From positions 1-61,470 of IMG/VR virus record IMGVR_UViG_3300034200_001057: a stretch of DNA of 61,470 nt; one strand, written 5' to 3'. This document shows positions 38,136 to 46,577 of this stretch, in pieces; the stretch's first letter is position 1; each line of letters begins with the position of its first letter. Source of the stretch: a virus. Lineage: Duplodnaviria > Caudoviricetes. The translations under genes were made by a program, and so were the position numbers. The notes beneath the pieces are model-generated. The model saw only the letters and a list, made by a program, of their open reading frames with translations, made no database searches and had not been told where the DNA came from.

Positions 38136-39105
38136 CGGAATCAGTTTCACGCACGTAACTGAATCGAATCCACCAAGCACCCAAAGCTTTAGGCTCGAAG
38201 CCTTTTTCTACAGCCCACCCGTAATCTTCGCAGCCAGTATCATCCTTGTACGATGGGCATCCAAGTAAAAGAACTTTATCTTGATACGATTGCCCATTCT
38301 GTGAAATGCGGTAACGAGCGGCAATATCACTCCAGGAATTGTGCGCGTGACCAGTCACAATAACATCCGCATCGGGATGAGTTCGAAGTCTCTCGCGTTG
38401 TGCACTGAGGTTTGATGCAGATTTACCTGAGCTGTGACCGTGATGGTAGTGAAGATTGATTTCACGACAAGTAACTCCATCGCGTCGCTTAAAATTGAAT
38501 TGCACCCATCCTGCATATGCGCCGTTAAACACATTTGCCCCTCTTGAATTGAGCAGCGTAACGACTCTTTCCGTGGGACAAAATTCATGTTTCTCGGTCA
38601 TTTTAGTCTCATGGTTACCTTGAGCCATTACTGCAAAGGAATTAGCATAAGGTTGTAACCATTCAGCGTAGTCGTTCACGACTGCATCAAAGTAGTTGGG
38701 GACCATATGTTCACTTCGAACGCTTCCTTTATACGAGCGAGGATCGAATTTGCCTCCCATTAGGTCCAGGGCATCGCCGAGGTCACAGGTAACAGCCCCG
38801 CGTTCGATTGCTTGTTTCAGATGTTTCTCTTGCAACTCTCTGTTGCTTTTTGGCGAATCCCAATGACGATCAGAAGTTATTAGAGCCCAGAAATCCCAAT
38901 TGTGGTTCCGCTCTATTTCAACGTCGATTCTAAAGACGTTTCTACTTCGTTGACTTACCGTCCACGTCTTCTTGCTTTCGATACCCGAGACGCCAGAGCG
39001 TCCTGGTGATGTCGATTGCAACGGCTTCGACCCATTCTTCTGATTTGTGCCAATCTGCCGCGTGGAGGATTTCGTGGATGACGACTTCGAGCGTTTCTTT
39101 TTCAC
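38107..39105 (-). CDS. Calcineurin-like metallophosphoesterase
   Basis: SDRHWD, LGDALD, GNHE, HHGH, TGHAH; true start uncertain because it overlaps the upstream gene. Confidence 0.85.
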   Translation of the reverse strand: MKKKRSKSSSTKSSTRQIGTNQKNGSKPLQSTSPGRSGVSGIESKKTWTVSQRSRNVFRIDVEIERNHNWDFWALITSDRHWDSPKSNRELQEKHLKQAIERGAVTCDLGDALDLMGGKFDPRSYKGSVRSEHMVPNYFDAVVNDYAEWLQPYANSFAVMAQGNHETKMTEKHEFCPTERVVTLLNSRGANVFNGAYAGWVQFNFKRRDGVTCREINLHYHHGHSSGKSASNLSAQRERLRTHPDADVIVTGHAHNSWSDIAARYRISQNGQSYQDKVLLLGCPSYKDDTGCEDYGWAVEKGFEPKALGAWWIRFSYVRETDSVTFQQIPAL

Positions 39106-39232
39106 TCATTCCCTGTTTGACGCGAATCACCCGACCGGGCTCCCGTGGGTCCTCGCATTTGCCCATCACGGCATTCCCCAAGAAAGGGACGAATCGAAGT
39201 TCGTATCGTTTTCCTAGGATGGTGATGTGCAT
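38942..39232 (-). CDS. Small HEXXH zinc metallopeptidase-like protein
   Basis: VVIHEILHA...EEWV. Confidence 0.7.
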   Translation of the reverse strand: MHITILGKRYELRFVPFLGNAVMGKCEDPREPGRVIRVKQGMSEKETLEVVIHEILHAADWHKSEEWVEAVAIDITRTLWRLGYRKQEDVDGKSTK

Positions 39233-39289
39233 ACTCGCCTGCCGTTATGGTTGCACAATTTCACGCGTCTAGGCTAGTAGGGTAACACC

Positions 39290-39481
39290 CTGCGCCGCTT
39301 TCTGCGCCGCCCACAAAAAAACCCCGGAATTTCCCAGGGATTAATGGACAGTTAGCGGATGGGGAGGAAGTAGAACCTTTTCAGCATTGTCTAGTTTTCC
39401 TGTGAATTTACTAGACGACCACCCGAACTGTGCCGACCGTTTCCGACGCTTGCCAACGCTTACTGCGCCGCATTCTGCGCC
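39290..39481. other. attP-like site: tRNA-Ser 3'-end-like core flanked by arm-type repeats
   Basis: CTGCGCCGC-W-TT-CTGCGCC at 39290-39310 and 39463-39481; minus-strand GGTTCTACTTCCTCCCCATCCGC at 39355-39377; three 10-bp direct repeats at 39431-39460. Confidence 0.7.
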
Positions 39482-40620
39482 TTTTCCCAGTCTGATTCAG
39501 TGACAAGGAGGTAACTCTTTTGAGCTACCTTCGGGCTATTGCCTAGCCAGGCACAGACCACCGAGAGGGGGAATTGCCGCTCTAGTTCCGTTTGCCGCGA
39601 GGCCCTCATGCTGTGGAATAACCGTGCCCAGGGCTCGACATTGGCTTTCTTGAGCTTCTTGAGGAACTGGGTCCTAAGGTTCGCATTCCGCCAGCCCACG
39701 CCGGTATTTGCCGCTGCACGGTATGCGGGCTTGTTGACCACGTAGCCCTCCTTTTGCCGTAGGGGTTCCAGAACCGCACGAAGCTCAGGAAATAGGGGGC
39801 ATTCCCGCAATCCTCGCCCCTCGTGGTGCTCGACCTTGGGCTCAGGAATCCACAGTCTACCTGTACCGAAGTCCACCTGGTCCCATTTCAAGGATAGGGT
39901 TTCCGATGGTGTCCTTAGCCCGCCGTATCGAGCGAGTGCGATAATCTTTTTCCACTCGTTATCGACCACCTTCATGATGGTTTCAATCGTTGCCCTTGGC
40001 ACTTCCACGTTGTTTTTCGGAATTGCGGCCGGAGCCTTTAGGCGGTCAAAAGGCGAATAGGCGACCAGCTCCCAATCGACGGCCCAGGCAAACATCTGTT
40101 TCACAATCCGCACGTTTTTTGCAACGGTCAGAGCCTTACGGTGCCCACGCTTTAGCTTTTCCAGGTACTCCGTTGCGTGACCTCGCGTGATGTCCTTCAC
40201 GGCGATACCGGGCGGAAGGTTCTTCAGAAGTATCCCTTCCACCTGCCGCCATTGGGCGATTGTGCCGGGCTTCCGTTTACCATCCCCACCAACTTCACGA
40301 ATAAAGCGATCCGTGAGTTCAGAGAGAAGCATTCCGCTGTTCTCATCTTTTTTCATCTGTGCCACTACCTCTTCCGGTAGTAGTCCCGCTGTTCGCAATT
40401 TTGCGAGCAGCTTACCGTCAACCTTCCCGAGCCATTCCGCTGTACCTCTATCAACGCCAGAAGCCCCAGTGAGCTTTGCACTCACCAGGGCTTCCACCTT
40501 GAGTTTTACGGTCTCAGCGTCTCTCTTCGATACCTTCCCGAGTCGGATTGCTTTTCGCTTTCCGTCCTCATCGACGAACTGAATCCGCTTACCGCTCTTG
40601 TCGTTGCTGATTGATGCCAC
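39460..40620 (-). CDS. int: Tyrosine integrase
   Basis: GTG start MASISNDKSGKRIQF; GGLRTPSE, PKVEHH, FHSMRASRQTEL, WLGNS..VA.KSYL; resembles Planctomycetota-type integrases (from recall). Confidence 0.93.
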   Translation of the reverse strand: MASISNDKSGKRIQFVDEDGKRKAIRLGKVSKRDAETVKLKVEALVSAKLTGASGVDRGTAEWLGKVDGKLLAKLRTAGLLPEEVVAQMKKDENSGMLLSELTDRFIREVGGDGKRKPGTIAQWRQVEGILLKNLPPGIAVKDITRGHATEYLEKLKRGHRKALTVAKNVRIVKQMFAWAVDWELVAYSPFDRLKAPAAIPKNNVEVPRATIETIMKVVDNEWKKIIALARYGGLRTPSETLSLKWDQVDFGTGRLWIPEPKVEHHEGRGLRECPLFPELRAVLEPLRQKEGYVVNKPAYRAAANTGVGWRNANLRTQFLKKLKKANVEPWARLFHSMRASRQTELERQFPLSVVCAWLGNSPKVAQKSYLLVTESDWEKAQNAAQ

Positions 40621-40795
40621 TTTCCCTCTCCCTCTCCTCGATAAACCTTTGCAGCTCAGAAATTGAGTACCGCCATCCCCCAATTCCTATGCGTACCGCT
40701 TTGATGAGGCCACCCCTACGCAAGCTGAAGAGGGTTCTCTCGGAAATGGAAAGCATCTTTGCCGCCTCCCTCTGTGTCAGTAGTAGTGGTTCCAT
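40589..40795 (-). CDS. xis: Excisionase-like HTH_17 protein
   Basis: LLLTQREAAKMLSISERTL..L...G.IKAVRIG..WRY....LQRFI; overlaps the integrase start. Confidence 0.85.
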   Translation of the reverse strand: MEPLLLTQREAAKMLSISERTLFSLRRGGLIKAVRIGIGGWRYSISELQRFIEERERESGINQQRQER

Positions 40796-42111
40796 TATCC
40801 CTCCCCGTTCTTACCCTCGAAGATGTTGAATAAATCCTGATTGACCGAAACTCCTAATCGCTTCATATCCGCTAATGACATCGCTGGAAGCTCTAGGTCT
40901 CCCTCGCTGAGTAGCGGTCTGTTCTCTGTTCTCTTTAGTGTTACCGATTGCATAAACCTCGCGTTGAACTTCTGCACGACATCGGGAAAGTCGGCATACC
41001 CTTCAATCACATCCTTCTTCGCATTGGGCCACTTCAACCCATGCCGAATCTCGGACGGTAATACGTTGCGGTAGGATTTATACGAGGCCGACCACTTCCC
41101 CTCATGCGATTGAACGTCTTCACGAATTTCAACTTCACCGAGGCATTCACTCGCCCATTTTGAGGTTTCAATGCATCGTGATTTTAAGAAAACCTTGTAA
41201 TCACAGAGCCCGAGAATCTCTTCCGCAAGCTCTCGCCCGTATATGTGACGAACGCCACCGATGGTATGCGCCGACAACACAAGACCGAGACCGAACTTTC
41301 TTCCTTGCCCCGCTACGGTAGGAAGACAGTTCAATCGCTTTCCGAGCAATCGAAACTCGTCACCCATCAGCATTTTGATGTCCGTGGATTGCTTCGACAT
41401 TTCAATCGCCGCGACGCACTCAATCAAAAAGCTGAATACACCGCTCACTGCTGGAGCGTGCATCAATAGCCATTCCATAACCAACACCCCAGGTGATTCC
41501 AACGGTATGTTGAGCCTTGGAGGTTTGGCATTCATGTCCATCGCCGCGTATGCTGCCAGCGGTGCGAGTCGAGATATGACCGTTGCGGTCACATCCTTTT
41601 TTGCATCGCCACTACCTACCGACGTCTTCACCACATCGAGCCTTGCAGCTTTACGAAGATGGTTTAGTAGTTCCGGCCACATTGCCAGCCGCACCATATC
41701 CGCGAGGTATGCCTCGCCCGGTGCTATCTTGTTCAAGACTTCGCAAGAAGCAACAAATACGATCTTCGCCATGTCGCTAAAGAACCTCGATGACTCTTTC
41801 CCCGAGTCCTCGAAAATCTTTTCAGCGAATAGCTCACGAAGTAACGGATTAGCAATCAGCCCGGCATAGTTGATACCTACGCCATCAGCGTAACGCATCG
41901 TGATTGGATGAATAGGTAGCCCGCGTGGTGCGTGGTACCGATACCAGTCCACCGCCTCATCCGAATTATCGAGGTCATAGAGTGTGGCACCGTGTTGCAT
42001 CAATGAACGCTTAAAGCCTTTCATCATTGCCGACTTTCCACTCTGAGGAGCCCCTACGAGAAGAACTCTCGCAGGGGCTACTGGAATATCAAAGGGGCCG
42101 AGGTGGAGCAC
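40795..42111 (-). CDS. Type IV coupling protein (TraD/TrwB-like ATPase) without an N-terminal TM anchor
   Basis: Walker A GAPQSGKS, Walker B MGDEF, GRKFGLGLVL...YGRELAEEILGLC..KVFL...ETSKWASECLGEVEI. Confidence 0.82.
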   Translation of the reverse strand: MLHLGPFDIPVAPARVLLVGAPQSGKSAMMKGFKRSLMQHGATLYDLDNSDEAVDWYRYHAPRGLPIHPITMRYADGVGINYAGLIANPLLRELFAEKIFEDSGKESSRFFSDMAKIVFVASCEVLNKIAPGEAYLADMVRLAMWPELLNHLRKAARLDVVKTSVGSGDAKKDVTATVISRLAPLAAYAAMDMNAKPPRLNIPLESPGVLVMEWLLMHAPAVSGVFSFLIECVAAIEMSKQSTDIKMLMGDEFRLLGKRLNCLPTVAGQGRKFGLGLVLSAHTIGGVRHIYGRELAEEILGLCDYKVFLKSRCIETSKWASECLGEVEIREDVQSHEGKWSASYKSYRNVLPSEIRHGLKWPNAKKDVIEGYADFPDVVQKFNARFMQSVTLKRTENRPLLSEGDLELPAMSLADMKRLGVSVNQDLFNIFEGKNGEG

Positions 42112-42113
42112 GC

Positions 42114-42437
42114 TTACACCTTCACCGTTTTATTCATCGCACCGCCACGCACTGTTTTGCGGATAACCTTTCCGCCTTGCGTCAAGGCGGTCATGGTTCC
42201 TGCGAAGGAAACGAATCCCACCATTGCACAGAACAGAACCCACATCCAATTTGCAGTACCACCCCAGTTGAGCAATGTCATCGCAATAGTTAGAGCAACG
42301 GTCGCACTCGTACCGAACAACACAATCGCGAGTATCATGAGCCCCACTCCAATCAAGATATTGCGAACAATCCGCAACGGCGTTAGCACCATGTACCAAA
42401 ATACCGTGGATGCCCCATTCTTTATTATCTCAGTCAT
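42114..42437 (-). CDS. Small membrane protein (2-3 TM)
   Basis: Hydrophobic segments; coupled to the relaxase and the T4CP. Confidence 0.65.
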   Translation of the reverse strand: MTEIIKNGASTVFWYMVLTPLRIVRNILIGVGLMILAIVLFGTSATVALTIAMTLLNWGGTANWMWVLFCAMVGFVSFAGTMTALTQGGKVIRKTVRGGAMNKTVKV

Positions 42438-43741
42438 AACTTTTGCCTTTCGCTTTGCTCTTGTCGTTTAATCATTTCCTGAACGATATGTTCGTTTCGA
42501 ACCTTGAGACGCCAGCCCCTTTGAGTAGCTAACGCCTTCAACTCTTCAAATTGCTTCTTGCTCTTAATATCCTGCCCATTCACCGCGACTCTCGTCTTTG
42601 GTGGAATGTTCACCTTGGGTTTTGCTTCCTTGTAAGCCCTTTGACCTACTGCCGCCGCGTGTTTTAGTGACTTCAAATGAGTACGCCGCATCACCTTCAT
42701 TGCGTGCTTATGACGATCCCACCGCGATGGGTCTTTTGTATCGTCGATAAACTTCTGCACGTCGTTGACCGTCATCTTCATCTGTTCGCGATTACGTGAG
42801 ACCTTGTAAGCCTTCACGTACTCACCAACTGGAATCTTCAGATAGTCCTCAACAATCGCCTGGAGTCTCCCACGCTCATGCTCTTGAACCTTCTTTGCTT
42901 CCACCTTTGGCCCGTGAGTATGGTATGCCTCACGTTGCCACTCCTTGGATTTCTCCTCGAAGTTCACATCCTCGACCTTGGCCTTCTTCTCCCGAGTGTT
43001 CTGATAGGCATAAGCCTTTGCAGATGCACTACGGGACTTAATGTTTTCCTGCTTCAGATACTCTTCAGCTCTCTGCGCTCTCGTGTTGTCACGCTCTTGA
43101 GTAACGCCCTCAACTACCGCCATACCGCGAGAGTCAATCGACATCTTGATGCCGAATGCTTGCTCCATGCGGTCAGCGATAACGCATTGGAAGATGCGCT
43201 TGTCCCGCTCCGATACTTCAAAGAAAGTAGAGGTATCGAGACTGCGAATCTTTCCGTCCTCAGTTTGTCCGCGTTGCTCAAAGATTGAATGGCCGTGAAC
43301 CAGGCACTTCCCCTCTCGGGAAAGAACCCCGAAAGCATGAAAGCCAAGAACATTAGCTTTCTCTTTCTTATGGCCGTCAGCACCACGACGAGCGAAGATG
43401 TGTTGCTCAATTCGTTGCTCAAGAGCTTTCATCGCAGGTACCATGACCTCCGACGCTACTTTCTTAGCAACCTCAAAACCACCCGCTGCAACAAAGTTAG
43501 TGATTGAGTTATCGACTATATGCACGAGACCAACGAGGCGCTTTGCCTCATTCGCTCTTGGTGGATAGAGTCGTTTACCATCAGGGCCGAGACGATCACA
43601 AAATGCATCAGCACTCTGTTTATCGTTCTTGTACCCAAACTCGCGAGCCGCTCTAGAAAAAGCGAGGCCCTCAAATTCGAGAGCCTCGCTCGCAACTTCC
43701 TTTGCATACTCGCGGTCCATTGAACCGCTTGCACGCATCAT
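42434..43741 (-). CDS. MobF/TrwC-like relaxase, divergent, no helicase domain
   Basis: LSREGKCLVHGH (cf. TSRxxDPxLHxH), EDGKIRSLD, AFGIKM, VEGVTQE, YQNTREKK. Confidence 0.72.
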   Translation of the reverse strand: MMRASGSMDREYAKEVASEALEFEGLAFSRAAREFGYKNDKQSADAFCDRLGPDGKRLYPPRANEAKRLVGLVHIVDNSITNFVAAGGFEVAKKVASEVMVPAMKALEQRIEQHIFARRGADGHKKEKANVLGFHAFGVLSREGKCLVHGHSIFEQRGQTEDGKIRSLDTSTFFEVSERDKRIFQCVIADRMEQAFGIKMSIDSRGMAVVEGVTQERDNTRAQRAEEYLKQENIKSRSASAKAYAYQNTREKKAKVEDVNFEEKSKEWQREAYHTHGPKVEAKKVQEHERGRLQAIVEDYLKIPVGEYVKAYKVSRNREQMKMTVNDVQKFIDDTKDPSRWDRHKHAMKVMRRTHLKSLKHAAAVGQRAYKEAKPKVNIPPKTRVAVNGQDIKSKKQFEELKALATQRGWRLKVRNEHIVQEMIKRQEQSERQKL

Positions 43742-43956
43742 GATGTAAGGGATTCCTTGCCGTGGAATTCGGCGAGTGCCAATCTCACCTGTTCCTTGAT
43801 GAACGATTTTGAGTAATGTTCATCCACCAGCCAGCGAATCAATTCACTGACTGTTATCCCTCTCTCTCGTGCCTCGTCGGAAAGATTCAAAGCCCTTTGT
43901 GGACTAAGTTTACAACCGACGTTCACGAGGAGAGGTTTCTCCCCGTCAACCTTCAT
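43738..43956 (-). CDS. Ribbon-helix-helix protein (TrwA/MobC-like relaxosome accessory)
   Basis: VNVGCKLS....NLSDEARERGITVSELIRWLV; ATGA overlap with the relaxase. Confidence 0.75.
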   Translation of the reverse strand: MKVDGEKPLLVNVGCKLSPQRALNLSDEARERGITVSELIRWLVDEHYSKSFIKEQVRLALAEFHGKESLTS

Positions 43957-43959
43957 AAA

Positions 43960-44133
43960 ACCTACCTTTTTGTCAAAGATCAGTTGTCGAGCTGGTGGGA
44001 CCAACCCACCAAGCACGACTGATTATTTCCAAATGTTGGGGTAATTCAACCCTGTTTCAGAAAGTTTCCGGGAATTTTTCCGGGTAACCGTACACTGACT
44101 AGCGACTACGTTACCCCGCGATACAATGCGGAT
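43960..44133. promoter_or_regulatory. Divergent intergenic region, candidate oriT / operator
   Basis: Inverted repeats GGTGGG-ACCAA-CCCACC, CCGGGAA-TTT-TTCCGG and GGGTAAC...GTTACCC directly upstream of the RHH-relaxase operon. Confidence 0.45.
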
Positions 44134-44868
44134 ATGGACCCAGAAACAGCAGAACAACAAATTCACTCGGGCGTAACGCTACTCAAAGACCGACGCGAGC
44201 ACCTCCGCTATCTCCTAAAGAGAATCAGGGAGAATAAGGCCGGAGGTCGAAGCGGGGCATCCGTGGCCCGACTCATGAAAGTGCGACAGAGCTATCTTGT
44301 GAAAGTGGAATCAGGGGCAATTGAGGCCAGCGAGGAATACGTAACTAAGTTCAGCGAGGCGCTAGAGCTTCCACAACCTTGGGCAGACTTTCTCCTTTTT
44401 CTTGCTCAACAGGGACGATTCGCACTCCATAAGCTGCTCGATACCTCTCCACTTCAAACACAACAGAGCTACTTACAGCAGAGTCTCTTTCAGATGATGC
44501 CGACCCGCATTTACATCGGGGCACGGGCATCGATACCCATCACGGAGCTTCATCGCGTTGTGGCTCTTAACCCGATGCTGATTGTCACCCGCGACTATCT
44601 TCGCCGAGAAATTGCCGCTCTCGATGTACCGAAAGAGTCCGTTCCATTTCTTCAGTACAGCCCTAATCCCATGTGTCTTGATTATTCAGCGTTAGCCGAA
44701 AAGGATAAACAGTTCTTTCCTAGGATGTCCACCGACCAGTTCATTTACGAAAAGACATTGGTAGTGATTGATGTGTGGGAGTGGCAGATACTAGAGACAA
44801 AATGGGTTGAGGAGTTCACTGAGAGTTTTGATCGATTACGGGTACTTCAGAAACCATTTAATTCTTGA
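44134..44868 (+). CDS. XRE-family HTH regulator (candidate repressor)
   Basis: LKRIRE...SGASVARLMKVRQSYLVKVESG; divergent from the mob/int operon. Confidence 0.72.
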   Translation: MDPETAEQQIHSGVTLLKDRREHLRYLLKRIRENKAGGRSGASVARLMKVRQSYLVKVESGAIEASEEYVTKFSEALELPQPWADFLLFLAQQGRFALHKLLDTSPLQTQQSYLQQSLFQMMPTRIYIGARASIPITELHRVVALNPMLIVTRDYLRREIAALDVPKESVPFLQYSPNPMCLDYSALAEKDKQFFPRMSTDQFIYEKTLVVIDVWEWQILETKWVEEFTESFDRLRVLQKPFNS

Positions 44869-44933
44869 TTGCAAAGAGGCTGTCTACAACGTTTCTAAAA
44901 AACCTATGTAGCCAACCTCCCGCAGATTAAAGA

Positions 44934-45248
44934 TCACCTCCCTCCTGATAGCTCGATAATCTTGTGATACGCGAGCCGTAAGAGTTCCGAGGCTGCAAGG
45001 GCATCATCACGGCCAAGCGTTGCCGCTTGTTGCCATTGTCCCTTGTTATCCTTGTAGGAGCGAGTGAGGGTGAAGGAATACCATTTCCCCTCTTTCGCTT
45101 CGTTCTCCCAAATCACAACGCGAAGGCGACCGGCGATCAGCGTTGCCGCTGGTGGTTGCCTTGAGCCTCCTTCGTTTTCAATGGGTGGATCATCTTGGTG
45201 CGAAGCATTATTCTGCTGTCGCCCATTTCCGTTATTGAACCTCGACAC
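44934..45248 (-). CDS. Small putative ssDNA-binding protein
   Basis: LRVVIWENE...WYSFTLTRSYKD..GQWQ; beta-rich PC4/SSB-like pattern (inference). Confidence 0.55.
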   Translation of the reverse strand: MSRFNNGNGRQQNNASHQDDPPIENEGGSRQPPAATLIAGRLRVVIWENEAKEGKWYSFTLTRSYKDNKGQWQQAATLGRDDALAASELLRLAYHKIIELSGGR

Positions 45249-45274
45249 TGAAACACTTTCCTTTCAATGAGGAA

Positions 45275-46045
45275 CTAAGAAGCAAGAGCCAACGTGGTTT
45301 CTTGCGGCAACAGATGCGCCGATAGCTTCATCGTCAATGATGCGTATCGTTGCGGATTCGCGTTACTCTTTGGCTTCAGTGCCGAAGTGAACGCGTTGAA
45401 CAAACTCCAGAGAGTACGATCCTCGAACTCTTTGAATCCTGGAACTCTCCACTCTGTGAGGACCTTGGGAATATCTTGCGAAGTGATAATGTCTTGATCC
45501 ATCGCACGAACAATCAGCGATTCCGCCTTCATGTCCGTTACGTGCTCATTACGCATTACCGCGATACGCTTTGATTCCTCTTCCTGGAATTGCGAGAGCC
45601 TCGATACTGCCTCACCGATGTCGATTCCGAATCGGAGTGCGCCGTGTTTGGTATGCTTCCGTGTGACCAATAAATCCCCGTAGAAACTGAGATTGTCACA
45701 AACCAGAACTCTTGAACCGGCCACGAACCCGATTGGGAAACTCTTATCGACTGAGTTTCTTATCCCCACTGATAACGTAACGCCATCAGCGAGAGTAGAC
45801 GCAAGGTCAAGCGTTCCAAAGAATCGCTTCCCTTCCTTTGCAACAGTAAGCTGCTCACGCCGTACCTCGAAACCAAAATCACGCATCGTATCCATCGCTT
45901 TGATGTATACATCGATGTGTGACACTGGATACCACCGCCCTTGAGGTGGTGGAGCTTCGTACTTGATGAGTTCAGCAACCGTGACAAGCTCAGTACCGCT
46001 ACCACGTAGCAGGGTACTCTGTGTTTCCATCTGCATGTCTCCCAA
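45275..46045 (-). CDS. DUF932-family protein
   Basis: PVSH, RFFG, GIRNSVDKS, GSRVLVCDNLSF, RKHT, TLWSLFNAFT. Confidence 0.8.
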   Translation of the reverse strand: MGDMQMETQSTLLRGSGTELVTVAELIKYEAPPPQGRWYPVSHIDVYIKAMDTMRDFGFEVRREQLTVAKEGKRFFGTLDLASTLADGVTLSVGIRNSVDKSFPIGFVAGSRVLVCDNLSFYGDLLVTRKHTKHGALRFGIDIGEAVSRLSQFQEEESKRIAVMRNEHVTDMKAESLIVRAMDQDIITSQDIPKVLTEWRVPGFKEFEDRTLWSLFNAFTSALKPKSNANPQRYASLTMKLSAHLLPQETTLALAS

Positions 46046-46075
46046 TGAGAATTGGGAAACTGTCCATTGATAACC

Positions 46076-46513
46076 TTATCGCTGCAAACAGCCTCCCGAG
46101 AGATTCGGAAGGCCGAGCCCTATAATGCTTCTACCCACTGTCAGGTTGACACTATAGGGAATGGGAAGCAAGTAATTTTGAGGCATAGGGCCAAAATCGA
46201 ATGGTTGGGAGTTGTCAAGGATTGCTTGATAACTGAAAAGGTATTGGTCCCAGGATTGGAATTGCACCAACTCGCCCCACCATACGGTGAACCGTTTGCT
46301 GTATGCGTGTGGCGTATGCATCCGCACTCTCTGTCCACGCCGCCTGAGATAATTGCGGGCAAAGTGAATAGTGTGCTTATGCTGTCGCTGGACCTCTACT
46401 TCCTCAGACCGCACATCAACCTTTAGCCGCTTGCCCGCCGACGGATAATAACCCTCTAAAGAAAAGGAAGCAAACGAAAAGGGCCGACCCTTTCGCCGCT
46501 TCCCCGTAGTCAT
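46076..46513 (-). CDS. Hypothetical protein
   Basis: 145-aa ORF co-oriented with neighbours. Confidence 0.4.
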   Translation of the reverse strand: MTTGKRRKGRPFSFASFSLEGYYPSAGKRLKVDVRSEEVEVQRQHKHTIHFARNYLRRRGQRVRMHTPHAYSKRFTVWWGELVQFQSWDQYLFSYQAILDNSQPFDFGPMPQNYLLPIPYSVNLTVGRSIIGLGLPNLSGGCLQR

Positions 46514-46577
46514 TCGACTTCGGGCACTGATTATTCCTTGAAGGGACCGGCCCTATCTCCGCTTTACCAGTGCTCTG

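Noticed and set aside
39355-39377. tRNA-Ser gene
   Set aside because: Only a 3'-end fragment with a degenerate T-loop; interpreted as the att core.
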